Below are positions 1 through 10,256 of a stretch of 64,000 nt of DNA, in pieces. The stretch is from Terriglobia bacterium (GTDB lineage: Bacteria; Acidobacteriota; Terriglobia; 20CM-2-55-15), in assembly GCA_963664115.2 (NCBI GenBank), contig CAXWPJ010000002.1:96001-160000 (forward strand). The letters are read 5' to 3'. Made by a program: the position numbers and the translations under genes. Positions within the stretch are counted from its first letter, which is position 1. The number at the start of each line of letters is the position of its first letter. Below the pieces are notes generated by a model. It did not search any database, had not been told where the DNA came from, and saw only the letters and a program-made list of their open reading frames with translations.

Positions 1-115
1 GCCAGCCGCGCCGCGGCCTACGGCCGCGCGCGAGCTTTACATAACGCCCCTGCTATGACATTCTCACGCCTGACATAGTCGCCGGCCCCCGCTTAAAACG
101 CTTATTCGCCAAGAC

Positions 116-349
116 ATGTCGCAGAACCCTGGTACCCTCCTCGGCCCGTATACAGTCACCGACAAGATCGGCGAAGGCGGTACGGACGAACCCTATCGCG
201 CCGGCGACGAGAAGCTCGATCGAGAGGTCAACGGGCGTGTTCTGAGCGGAGCCTGGATGAGCGGGGTCGAGGGTCTCACGACGAGCCGAGAATACGTCAG
301 CACAATTGCGCCATGGCGTACTTGGGCTAAGCGAAGAGGGTGGAGGTAA
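116..349 (+). pseudogene. Ser/Thr protein kinase N-terminal remnant
   Basis: PGTLLGPYTVTDKIGEGG..YRAGDEKLDREV matches Hanks kinase subdomains I-II, then degenerates. Confidence 0.75.
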
Positions 350-353
350 GACG

Positions 354-1463
354 ATGCGCATATCAAGGGTTCTTCTGCCGGTTCTCGCCATCACGGTGCT
401 CGCAGTGCCGCTTCTGACAGCACAGAACCGGACGTCGAACACGTTCGACATCTACCTGATCGACGTCGAGGGTGGGAATGCGACGCTGTTCGTCTCGCCT
501 TCCGGTGCTTCGCTGCTCAGCGACACCGGCTACCCGAGCGATGGCCGTGACGCTGGTCGCATCATCGCGGCAGCCAGGGATGCGGGCCTTACGCAGATAG
601 ATCACCTGGTCACCACGCACTACCATCGCGATCACATCGGTGGCCTCTCCGAGCTGACGGAGCGCTTTCCCGTCAGGCACTTCATCGATCATGGACCTAA
701 CCAGCAGTCCGGTGGCTCTGGTGCAAGCTTCGAGGAGGGCTACAAAGCGATCTACGCGAAGGCGACCCACACGGCTGTCAAGGCCGGCGACACGATTCCC
801 ATGGCCGGTCTCGATGTGCGCGTGGTGACCTCCGCTGGTGAGACGATCACGACGCCACTCCGTGGCGGGGGCGGCGCGAATCCCTATTGCGCCAGCTTCA
901 AGCCAGGAGAGAACAACATCGAAGATCCGCTATCGGTCGGGATCCACATCACGTTCGGGAACTTTCGGACGATTCATCTGGGCGACTTGACCAGAAACAA
1001 GGAATTCGAGCTGATGTGCCCGAATAACCGCCTTGGCACCGTCGATGTTCTGATGGGTTTGCACCACGGACAGGTCACCTCGAATTCGGAAGTGCTCGTT
1101 CATGCGCTGCGTCCGCGCGTGGGGATCATGAACAACGGGACTCGCAAAGGGGGCGACCCTGAAGTGATGAGAACCATCTTTTCATCTCCGGGCTTTGAGG
1201 ATCTCTGGCAGGCTCACTTCTCACTCTGGAGCGGCCAGGAGTACACGGTGCCTGGACTCTTCATCGCCAACATGGTCGACGAGCAAGGGCCGACCATGCC
1301 CATCGCTCCGGCGCCGCCGGCGCAACCCGGATCCAGCGCGGCCCCACCGCCAGCGCACGACGGAGTGGCCTACTGGGTCAAGGTATCTGCGCAGCAGGAC
1401 GGGACGTATACGGTCACCAACGCGCGGAACGGCTTCAGCAAGACTTACACGCCAAGGAGGTGA
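354..1463 (+). CDS. Secreted MBL-fold metallo-hydrolase (ComEC/Rec2-like)
   Basis: GGAGG RBS before ATG 354; signal peptide; IDVEGGNATL and THYHRDH (HxHxDH) motifs. Confidence 0.85.
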   Translation: MRISRVLLPVLAITVLAVPLLTAQNRTSNTFDIYLIDVEGGNATLFVSPSGASLLSDTGYPSDGRDAGRIIAAARDAGLTQIDHLVTTHYHRDHIGGLSELTERFPVRHFIDHGPNQQSGGSGASFEEGYKAIYAKATHTAVKAGDTIPMAGLDVRVVTSAGETITTPLRGGGGANPYCASFKPGENNIEDPLSVGIHITFGNFRTIHLGDLTRNKEFELMCPNNRLGTVDVLMGLHHGQVTSNSEVLVHALRPRVGIMNNGTRKGGDPEVMRTIFSSPGFEDLWQAHFSLWSGQEYTVPGLFIANMVDEQGPTMPIAPAPPAQPGSSAAPPPAHDGVAYWVKVSAQQDGTYTVTNARNGFSKTYTPRR

Positions 1464-1469
1464 TCGCGG

Positions 1470-1516
1470 GGCCCGGACGAGATGGTGTAGTGGCCTAGCG
1501 TCGTGCCGGATTCCAT
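1470..1516 (-). pseudogene. Very short Ser/Thr kinase 5' stub
   Basis: Manual translation MESGTTLGHYTISS, same motif as the stubs at 116 and 4187. Confidence 0.55.
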
Positions 1517-1637
1517 AGTCAGTGGCTTGTTAGGTCAGGACTGAGATCGTTGGGGGCAGTCTACAAGTCGGATGGGCTGGATGTATACGAAATCTCACTG
1601 GGCGGTAACGGGATATAACAGGACTTGACCCTGCCAA

Positions 1638-1733
1638 TCAAGACACCGGCACCCGTTCCTTCAGTTCTTCAAACCAGTTCAGGACAACCTGGACCGGTGC
1701 CGGAACAGAAGCGGTTTCATCTCCATTTAGCAC
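1638..1733 (-). pseudogene. C-terminal stub of kinase-PD40/TolB-type protein
   Basis: Manual translation VLNGDETASVPAPVQVVLNWFEELKERVPVS*; resembles the recalled C-terminus of acidobacterial kinase/beta-propeller proteins. Confidence 0.6.
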
Positions 1734-2244
1734 TGATCAGCTCGCGTGATAAGGAATAAGTGTCCACAAGCGCCTCGTTACTGGCCGAGTATGTGCTGGG
1801 CGTCCTTCTCGTTTTCATTACAAACGTATTCCAGCAGATCAGTGTCCGGCAGCAGATTCAATTCATGGACAATCGTCCAAGGCTCTGTATATGCTTCCGG
1901 GTCATCGATCGTGATTTCCATCTCCAGGTGTCCGAAGTCTCTACGGTAAAAGCGTTCGGTCAGATGCAGAGCTTCGGTAGCCGGGTGACCTGCCTGGTCG
2001 TGCCAAGCCCAGCCGTTGAAACCGGTGCTCTCTACGACGAAGGTGTCTTCTTCCCACCTGCCGATGGAATATCCGTACCAGGTAGGCAAGCCTACAACCG
2101 CAGGAAGGGGACGGCCATCCACAAAAATCTGCCGATACATCGTTCTAGATTCGTAAAGGATTAATGTTAATCCAGGGGTTTGAACAAACTTCCAGGGAGT
2201 CGAAAGCACATTTTTCATTGTTATGCCGCTCGGCAAACAATGAA

Positions 2245-3629
2245 GAGTTATAACCGAATCTGGTGTTTGAGGGATTGAATAAGAGCGGCGTATCTGGTTG
2301 ATTTGTTGTGACAAAACTTCAAAGCAACCATAGGAGATACGCCACTGTGAGCAAGAGTAACGTGAATGGACCGGAAGGTCGAGAAACGATTGAGGATCCA
2401 GTAACAGAACTACTACGAGTTGGGGCACAGCAACTGATCCAACGCGCAGTGGAAGCCGAATTGGCAGAGCTGCTATCCCAGCACGGTGGCCGGCGAACTG
2501 AGACAGGAAACGCCGGGGTGGTACGCAACGGTTATCTGCCGGAACGCGAACTGCAGACGGGATTGGGTCCGGTAACAGTCCAAATCCCGAAGGTCCGTGC
2601 CAAGACGGGCGAAGCTGTGACGTTCCGATCGGCCCTGGTACCACCGTACATTCGGAAGACGAAGTCGCTGGAAGCAGCGGTGCCGTGGTTGTATTTGAAA
2701 GGCGTTTCCAGCGGCGAGATGGGTGAGGCCCTAAAAGTTCTTGTCGGTCCCCAGGCGCAGGGTCTGTCGGCGAGCACGGTATCGCGGTTGAAACAGGTTT
2801 GGGGCGAACAGTACCGCCTCGGATGCGAGGAGCGTTTGGATGCAGATCGCTGGGTCTATGTCTGGGCCGACGGCATCTACAGCGGACTTCGGGCGGAACA
2901 AACCAAGTTGTGTGCATTGGTCGTGATCGGCGTGAATGAACGCGGAGAGAAGCGTTTCCTGGCGATCGAAGACGGTGTACGGGAATCGACACAGAGTTGG
3001 CGCGAGGTCTTGTTGAAGCTGAAGTCCCGTGGGATGAATGTTCCGAAGTTGGCCATCGGTGACGGTGCGATGGGGTTCTGGGCCGCACTGGAGGAAATCT
3101 ATCCCGAGACACGTCAACAACGTTGCTGGATGCACAAAGTCATGAACGTCCTCAACTGCCTGCCCAAGTCGGTCCAGGCGAAGGCGAAACAGGCCCTGCA
3201 CTCGATCTGGCAGGCCGAGACGAAGGCAGACGCCGAGAAGGCATTCGACTTGTTCATTGAAACCTATGAACCGAAGTATCCGAAAGCCACACTCTGCCTG
3301 CAGAAAGACAGAGAGGAACTGCTGGCCTTTTACGACTTTCCGGCCAAGCACTGGCAGAGCATCAGAACGACGAATCCCATTGAGTCGACCTTTGCCACCA
3401 TTCGACACCGAACGAAGCGATCCAGAGGTTGCCTGACACGGGATGGCATGCTGCACATGATGTTCAAACTGGGCCAGTGCGCTGAGAACAATTGGCGACG
3501 ATTACGAGGATTCGATGATCTGAGCAAGGTAATCATCGGAGTGAAATTCAACGATGGTGTCGAAGCGACACAAGTCGATCAGGCCGCCGCTTGAATCAAT
3601 CTCCTAAACACCACTTTTGACAATAACTC
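2245..3629 (+). mobile_element. IS256-family element, copy 1 (1385 bp)
   Basis: Imperfect terminal IRs GAGTTAT..ATAACTC; 9-bp TSD AACAATGAA at 2236-2244 and 3630-3638. Confidence 0.95.
2347..3594 (+). CDS. IS256 (mutator-type DDE) transposase
   Basis: RNGY, VWADG, AIGDG, QRCWMH and RTTNPIES motifs; GTG start after AGGAG. Confidence 0.95.
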   Translation: MSKSNVNGPEGRETIEDPVTELLRVGAQQLIQRAVEAELAELLSQHGGRRTETGNAGVVRNGYLPERELQTGLGPVTVQIPKVRAKTGEAVTFRSALVPPYIRKTKSLEAAVPWLYLKGVSSGEMGEALKVLVGPQAQGLSASTVSRLKQVWGEQYRLGCEERLDADRWVYVWADGIYSGLRAEQTKLCALVVIGVNERGEKRFLAIEDGVRESTQSWREVLLKLKSRGMNVPKLAIGDGAMGFWAALEEIYPETRQQRCWMHKVMNVLNCLPKSVQAKAKQALHSIWQAETKADAEKAFDLFIETYEPKYPKATLCLQKDREELLAFYDFPAKHWQSIRTTNPIESTFATIRHRTKRSRGCLTRDGMLHMMFKLGQCAENNWRRLRGFDDLSKVIIGVKFNDGVEATQVDQAAA

Positions 3630-4074
3630 AACAATGAATGTTCGGGTCATTTCTCGAATTGTTCGCCCGGCGCTCATTGAATATGTCTTCTGCCCACGGC
3701 TGGAAGGGCACTTCTTTTCCATCTTTGACGAGGTCGGCAATGTCCTGAGTTATGCCGGAAGGCACCATCCACACTCCAGACATGTCCGGCTGGCCATCCG
3801 GCGTCCGTGGCGTCGGCGCAAAAAGATCCGGCTCGCCGTCCGGCGTTCGGGGGATACCGGGGGTTGGAAAATTGAGCCACTGCGCCGGGGCGGACAGGGC
3901 GGTCACAAACAGCAGAACCACTAGGGCGATAGTGACGGCAGAGATCCTGTTGGCTGAAATTTGCATATTCACCTCCGGTTAACCCCGGGCTAGCCTTCAC
4001 GGCAATCGGTCGTAACGAAACTCATCCTGAGGAAGTTTCTCATCGCAATACTCAGTAAGTCACCTGAAATTGGT

Positions 4075-4187
4075 TCTGCGGGTAGCGTCTTAATCGCGAT
4101 CTCACGCCCGAGTTTCGTGTCCCGCGCACGCCACACCTCTCCCATTCCACCCTTGCCGAGGAGTGTGCTGATCTCGTAGTGGCCTAG
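4075..4187 (-). pseudogene. Ser/Thr kinase N-terminal fragment, 5' end cut by IS1380
   Basis: [36 protein letters not shown]: Gly-loop plus the VAIK-equivalent lysine. Confidence 0.85.
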
Positions 4188-4188
4188 T

Positions 4189-6035
4189 CCCAAAACAAGC
4201 GCATAACCAGTCCGCCGAGGCCCAGTTCGCGCCGATAGAATTCGAGGCATAGAATCCCGTTCCCGGATGGCCTGTTCCAGGTATCGAGTTTCTGTTGAAT
4301 CTGTTTCAGTTCAGCCTCGCTGGTGTTGGACGGTTGACAGAAACCGGGACCTCGATCGCCCGGGCTCAGAGTCATGATCGGGTCAACATCGCAGAGGCTG
4401 ACGCAACACATCCACCCCGCGGAACAAGACCGGCAACCACCGGTTCCAGGCCAGGATCCGGAACAGAATGCGCCGCCCGGTGCGCACGAGTTGGCACGGC
4501 ACAAGCATGAAAGCGTTCAAGAAGGTTTTGAACTCCATGCGCAGCACGGTTTGCTTCTCAGCCTGATATTTTTGGCCCCAACGTCCGGTTTCGGGAAGCA
4601 GCAATGCAAACCACGCTTTCAGTGTCCAGGCCAGTGACGCGATCACCATGTAGGCCCAGTTGCTGGTCTGATCTCCGACCGGCATCCGCAACGCCTGAAC
4701 GCCGTTCTTCAACTGCTCAATGAGATTCTCCTGATTGCACCGTTGATTGGCACGCATCACAATCTGGTCGGCCGGATCCGAACGGTTGGTAATGTAGAAG
4801 AAGTACCGGATGTCGTCAAACAACACCTGCTCTCCTTTGGCCACCGACAGATTCTTCCGCACCACGACGACACGGTAGTCCCGATCGCAGGCTCCGGGTC
4901 GATACCGAAACTCGGCCACATCCTCACCCTGCAAGCGGATATTGTCGAAACCGCGCTGCCGAACGATCTCTTCCTTCACGTTGTCGGGACGTTGGCGCGG
5001 TTCGGTCGCCACGTCGTATTTCGCGGGCCGTTCCAGGCGCTTCCACTGGCGCGGCTCCAGTTCATCGGCCCGGGCCTTCAGGTTCGCCATCGCGTCAATC
5101 CCGAATATGAAACCCACCTGCTGGTCGTCCCATCCGTCCAGATGCCGGGTCTGGCTGAAGTCCGTGTCCCCGCGCAGCAGGATCTGGCGAAACCCCGCAT
5201 GCCGGCACAATGCGATGGCTTGGTCGAACCGGACCGCGGCTCCTTCATGCGACGGCCGGTTGCCGCTACGATTGACCAGATACAGCGGTTCGGCGGTGTT
5301 GGCCAGCGAGATCATCAGCGGGTGATATCCCCACGTCCCGTCGTAGGCCACGTCCATCCCTTGCTTGCATTCCCCCGTGGTTTCGGCCAGTGTCCCGTCC
5401 GCGTCCAACACCGCTTCTTCGAAAAACGCCGCCGGTTGCTGTCGCCAGACTCCGAGCCGGACTTGATTGGTTGCCTCCATCAGACACTCCACGTCGTCGG
5501 CCTCGAATCTCCGGCAGAAGTCTCCCGCCGTCGTCGGATCCGGAATCCGTTGCGCTCCCAGCGCATCCAGATACACCGCATCGTTGCGCCGCAGTTCGAT
5601 GTCTTCCAGGCACGTTCCTCCGCTCAAGGCGTTGTAGGCGATGTTCAGCACGTGATCCGACTCGTGATACGGCAGGTGCCGCTTCAACACATGCACGCCC
5701 TTGTCGATGGCTTCGATCAGCCCGGTCCGCCGCGCCACCAGTTGCATCGTCCCGATACCACCAACCGATGTGCCCCGCGTCCGCTCTCCCATCTCGTACT
5801 GAATGTTGCTCGCCGAAAACATCGGCTCTACCTGATCCGTCCAATGCCGGTCCCCAAGCCGACGTTCGATTCGCCGCTTGCGGTTCCTCATGTTCTTGCG
5901 CGTATAATCGTTCATCTGAAATGCCTCCTTTTCCGAAGAATCTGTCCAAGGTTTTTTTCGCACGGAGAGGGGGCATTTCGGGTACTTCCGCTCTTATTGC
6001 ACTATCATTTCCTCGTCAATCACGCTTGTTCAGGG
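4189..6035 (-). mobile_element. IS1380-family element, copy 1 (1847 bp)
   Basis: IRs CCCAAAACAAGCG / CGCTTGTTCAGGG; CTAG on both sides but unrelated flanking genes. Confidence 0.92.
4383..5915 (-). CDS. IS1380-family DDE transposase
   Basis: LDADGT, GYHPL, LRGDTDF and ENLIEQLK motifs; AGGAGG RBS. Confidence 0.92.
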   Translation of the reverse strand: MNDYTRKNMRNRKRRIERRLGDRHWTDQVEPMFSASNIQYEMGERTRGTSVGGIGTMQLVARRTGLIEAIDKGVHVLKRHLPYHESDHVLNIAYNALSGGTCLEDIELRRNDAVYLDALGAQRIPDPTTAGDFCRRFEADDVECLMEATNQVRLGVWRQQPAAFFEEAVLDADGTLAETTGECKQGMDVAYDGTWGYHPLMISLANTAEPLYLVNRSGNRPSHEGAAVRFDQAIALCRHAGFRQILLRGDTDFSQTRHLDGWDDQQVGFIFGIDAMANLKARADELEPRQWKRLERPAKYDVATEPRQRPDNVKEEIVRQRGFDNIRLQGEDVAEFRYRPGACDRDYRVVVVRKNLSVAKGEQVLFDDIRYFFYITNRSDPADQIVMRANQRCNQENLIEQLKNGVQALRMPVGDQTSNWAYMVIASLAWTLKAWFALLLPETGRWGQKYQAEKQTVLRMEFKTFLNAFMLVPCQLVRTGRRILFRILAWNRWLPVLFRGVDVLRQPLRC

Positions 6036-6040
6036 TCTAG

Positions 6041-6452
6041 TGCTGACGGGCTTGGCGAAGAGGGAAGCCCTCTAGTTTTGCAGTTGGTCTGTAGCGGAAC
6101 AATTGAACGCATGAAAGCGCTACGGGCAAGAGCGGACGCCTTCCACGGCATTGACCAGATCGAGGTATCCCGAACCGTCTACCCGGACCGCGACTTTGAA
6201 CTCGTGGATATCGTCTCCAGGGGCGCGGACAAGGGAAGTGGCCTGTCCGCCCTGGCACGGATACTGAACGTTGCCCCGGCACAGATCATGGCGATCGGGG
6301 ACAACTACGCAGATTCCAAGATGCTTGAAGTCGCCGGATATCCCGTCGTGATGGGGAATGCGCCCGAAGAAATGCGGCGTCGCTGGCCCGTAACGGGCAC
6401 AAACGATGAAAACGGCGTGGCTCAAGTCATCGAACGCTTCATCCTGTCCTGA
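6041..6452 (+). pseudogene. Cof-type HAD IIB hydrolase, C-terminal fragment
   Basis: DKGSGL, MAIGDNYADSKML, VMGNA and NDENGVAQVI motifs; N-terminus missing at the IS1380 junction. Confidence 0.85.
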
Positions 6453-8871
6453 CTCACTATTAAAATACTTAGTTTCTGTATTTTAACATTCTATATCTTT
6501 AGTAACTATTGAGATATTTGTACGAGTAGTAGGTTAGTTTCTTAGGCAAGTCTCGGACAAGTATTGACAAAAGTTTGTCCACGACGCGAAGGTTAGTTCT
6601 TGCGTAGTCAGTAAGTTGCGGCCGCCAGAGATTGAGCGTCGCGCACATGCACCCGTGCGCCCCTAAGTCGTTTGATGACTTGTATTTTAGGGGTATTTTC
6701 TGTCGCGTTAGCCAGTCTGTTGTTGCGAAGGAGTCAAAACTATGGCTGGCAGGAAGCAAGCCGTGGGCGTTCAAGCAATAGCGGCCCACACCAGACAGGA
6801 TGCTGGAATCTCCAAGGGATCTCCCGATACCCGCAGATTTTCCCGTTCGCGATCGAATTCCGGATTCGTAAGGCCGTCGCAATGCCTGGCCACCCGAATC
6901 CCACATCTCGATTTCTCCCTTCCAGCTATAAAGAATTCCTGGGAAATGCCGATGAGAGTGAAGACAGCCCGAAATACGTCTCCGGGCAATCTGGGTCCCG
7001 ATCGCAGAATCGGCCCGTTCAGATTGCCCCGAGGACTGTCCCTGCGGCGACCGGCTACGGTCCCGCAGTAATAACTTTCGAGATAGGGAGAAACGCATGA
7101 TGTTCGGTCTAAAAAAACTGCCTTCATTGATAGTGCTGGGCGCACTCTTACTACTACTGACACCCACTGTGGACGCTATAGCGCAGGATCGCGTGGAGGT
7201 CATTATTCAGTTCGACGGCCCTCCAGGACAAATCCGTCAGGCGATAGAATCACTCGGCGGCGAGGTCAAAGCGGAATACACGTACCTGGGATCCATGTTT
7301 GCTGAGGTACCCTCCGACTCGATGGATGCTGTCAAATCAGCGTCCGGTGTTAGTTCAGTGCGGAGAAACACTCCGGTCCATGCGCCCGAGCTCGTGTGGC
7401 CGTTCGGCGGGCGTGGCGTAGAAGCAGCCGCAGGCCTGGACCCGCTGGCGAACATCAACCACAACGGATTTACACCCATCACGGACATACAGGATTTCGC
7501 CGCAAGCAATTCGGGATCTTACCTGATGAATCATGCTACGGACGGTGTCCGGGCTTTGCACGCGGACGGCCTGACCGGTAACGGTGTGATTGTTGCAGTT
7601 GTGGACTCTGGCCTCCGACCCGTTTTCGACCACTTCGACCAGAATACTGTCGTCGTCGGATGTGAAGATTTCGTCGGCGATGGTCACGGCTGTAGCGACA
7701 ACCGGAACGACGGACACGGGACGATGGTCGCCGGTGCAATCGCAGCCGCAGCCGAGTTCCATTTTTCTAAAAACAGTCTATTTCTGCAGTCGGTCTTCTT
7801 TAACGCGAATGGTGCGTTACTGAATCGTAGACCCCCTAACAACGTCCCCGATACAGTCGCGATGATCGGAAGCGCCCCGGGTGCACAGATCTACGCCTTC
7901 CGAGTCTTCGGAAGCAATTCCGAACCGTCGGACACCGCAACTATCCTACTAGCGATCCAAAGGATTATCACCCTAAAGAATGAGGAGATGGTGGACATTC
8001 GTGTGGCGAACTTCAGTCTAGGTCGCCGAACGATTTATGCAGGCCTTGACGTCTTTGACACAGCGTTCGATGCTCTCCTTGCTAACGGAATCGTTCCTGT
8101 AGTCTCGACCGGTAACGCCGGTCCAGCGCTCCTGACGACGGCCAGTCCGGCGAGCGCCTTCAGCGCCATCGCCGTTGGCGCCGGAAGTCTTTTTCACCAG
8201 GACCGGATCGTGGGAGACCTGGGCTTCTTCGGAGCTACCGGACCCGCCGGTTTCGGCGACACGTTGCGTCCATTTGAAGGTGGACAGACAGCATGGTTCA
8301 GTTCACGCGGACCGAACGCCGACGGCCGGCAGGGACCAGGCGTCATGTCAGAGGGATTCGGTGTCTATGGGGCAGGTCTGGCAAGTCAGGGGAGTAAGCT
8401 TAGTCTCGGCATCGGTAGCAGCTTCGCAGCACCGAACGTTACCGGTATTGCGGCTTTGCTCTGGGAACATTTCGATAAGACAAGTAATACCCTCTCCCCT
8501 GTTGTGTCTGCCACAAAGATCCGGAACGCAATCGTCGGAAACGGCAACAAAATGATCATTGTCGGTGGCGAAACCGAAGACGATCAGGGGAATGGATGGG
8601 TAGACGCGAAGAAGGCCCGAGACAATCTGGGCGGGGCATCAGTGTTCCCACCGACCGCTCCCCCGACCGAAACTCTAGTAAACGACTATATTAAGAGGAC
8701 ATTGGCAGTTGTGGGATCTACAACACACCTTTTGAATCTGGAACCTGGCGACCGTCAAGATGTGATTTACAACGTCAATCCTGCAGATGCGGAACTAAAT
8801 ATCGAACTCTCTAGCATATTAGAAGTCGCCTGCGCTCCCGACCCAGAACCGTTCTTTGGCAACGAACTACT

Positions 8872-10256
8872 GAGTTATTGTCAAAAGTGGTGTTTAGGAG
8901 ATTGATTCAAGCGGCGGCCTGATCGACTTGTGTCGCTTCGACACCATCGTTGAATTTCACTCCGATGATTACCTTGCTCAGATCATCGAATCCTCGTAAT
9001 CGTCGCCAATTGTTCTCAGCGCACTGGCCCAGTTTGAACATCATGTGCAGCATGCCATCCCGTGTCAGGCAACCTCTGGATCGCTTCGTTCGGTGTCGAA
9101 TGGTGGCAAAGGTCGACTCAATGGGATTCGTCGTTCTGATGCTCTGCCAGTGCTTGGCCGGAAAGTCGTAAAAGGCCAGCAGTTCCTCTCTGTCTTTCTG
9201 CAGGCAGAGTGTGGCTTTCGGATACTTCGGTTCATAGGTTTCAATGAACAAGTCGAATGCCTTCTCGGCGTCTGCCTTCGTCTCGGCCTGCCAGATCGAG
9301 TGCAGGGCCTGTTTCGCCTTCGCCTGGACCGACTTGGGCAGGCAGTTGAGGACGTTCATGACTTTGTGCATCCAGCAACGTTGTTGACGTGTCTCGGGAT
9401 AGATTTCCTCCAGTGCGGCCCAGAACCCCATCGCACCGTCACCGATGGCCAACTTCGGAACATTCATCCCACGGGACTTCAGCTTCAACAAGACCTCGCG
9501 CCAACTCTGTGTCGATTCCCGTACACCGTCTTCGATCGCCAGGAAACGCTTCTCTCCGCGTTCATTCACGCCGATCACGACCAATGCACACAACTTGGTT
9601 TGTTCCGCCCGAAGTCCGCTGTAGATGCCGTCGGCCCAGACATAGACCCAGCGATCTGCATCCAAACGCTCCTCGCATCCGAGGCGGTACTGTTCGCCCC
9701 AAACCTGTTTCAACCGCGATACCGTGCTCGCCGACAGACCCTGCGCCTGGGGACCGACAAGAACTTTTAGGGCCTCACCCATCTCGCCGCTGGAAACGCC
9801 TTTCAAATACAACCACGGCACCGCTGCTTCCAGCGACTTCGTCTTCCGAATGTACGGTGGTACCAGGGCCGATCGGAACGTCACAGCTTCGCCCGTCTTG
9901 GCACGGACCTTCGGGATTTGGACTGTTACCGGACCCAATCCCGTCTGCAGTTCGCGTTCCGGCAGATAACCGTTGCGTACCACCCCGGCGTTTCCTGTCT
10001 CAGTTCGCCGGCCACCGTGCTGGGATAGCAGCTCTGCCAATTCGGCTTCCACTGCGCGTTGGATCAGTTGCTGTGCCCCAACTCGTAGTAGTTCTGTTAC
10101 TGGATCCTCAATCGTTTCTCGACCTTCCGGTCCATTCACGTTACTCTTGCTCACAGTGGCGTATCTCCTATGGTTGCTTTGAAGTTTTGTCACAACAAAT
10201 CAACCAGATACGCCGCTCTTATTCAATCCCTCAAACACCAGATTCGGTTATAACTC
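8872..10256 (-). mobile_element. IS256-family element, copy 2
   Basis: Same sequence as copy 1; ACGAACTAC duplicated at 8862-8870 and 10257-10265, plus an extra T at 8871. Confidence 0.95.
8907..10154 (-). CDS. IS256 transposase
   Basis: Protein identical to copy 1. Confidence 0.95.
   Translation of the reverse strand: MSKSNVNGPEGRETIEDPVTELLRVGAQQLIQRAVEAELAELLSQHGGRRTETGNAGVVRNGYLPERELQTGLGPVTVQIPKVRAKTGEAVTFRSALVPPYIRKTKSLEAAVPWLYLKGVSSGEMGEALKVLVGPQAQGLSASTVSRLKQVWGEQYRLGCEERLDADRWVYVWADGIYSGLRAEQTKLCALVVIGVNERGEKRFLAIEDGVRESTQSWREVLLKLKSRGMNVPKLAIGDGAMGFWAALEEIYPETRQQRCWMHKVMNVLNCLPKSVQAKAKQALHSIWQAETKADAEKAFDLFIETYEPKYPKATLCLQKDREELLAFYDFPAKHWQSIRTTNPIESTFATIRHRTKRSRGCLTRDGMLHMMFKLGQCAENNWRRLRGFDDLSKVIIGVKFNDGVEATQVDQAAA

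Larger units (their letters stand above)
1778..3972 (-). pseudogene. Secreted hypothetical protein split by IS256 (paralog of 60344-61195)
   Basis: Removing the IS and one target duplication joins ..RNDPNIHC to LPSGITMK.. in frame; shares GYSIGRWEEDTFVVE and HLEMEITIDDP with the 60344 protein. Confidence 0.85.

Noticed and set aside
1482-1520. tRNA-like GGTGTAGTGGCCTAG
   Set aside because: No T-arm or acceptor stem; it is the reverse complement of the kinase LGHY codons.
4743-6452. Long antisense ORFs over IS1380 and IS256 (569, 447, 523, 444, 392 and 290 aa)
   Set aside because: Shadow frames of the transposases that run into flanking gene fragments; not real fusion proteins.
6472-6510. 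AT-rich dif-like patch
   Set aside because: Both arms match poorly and the spacing is wrong; probably promoter DNA.
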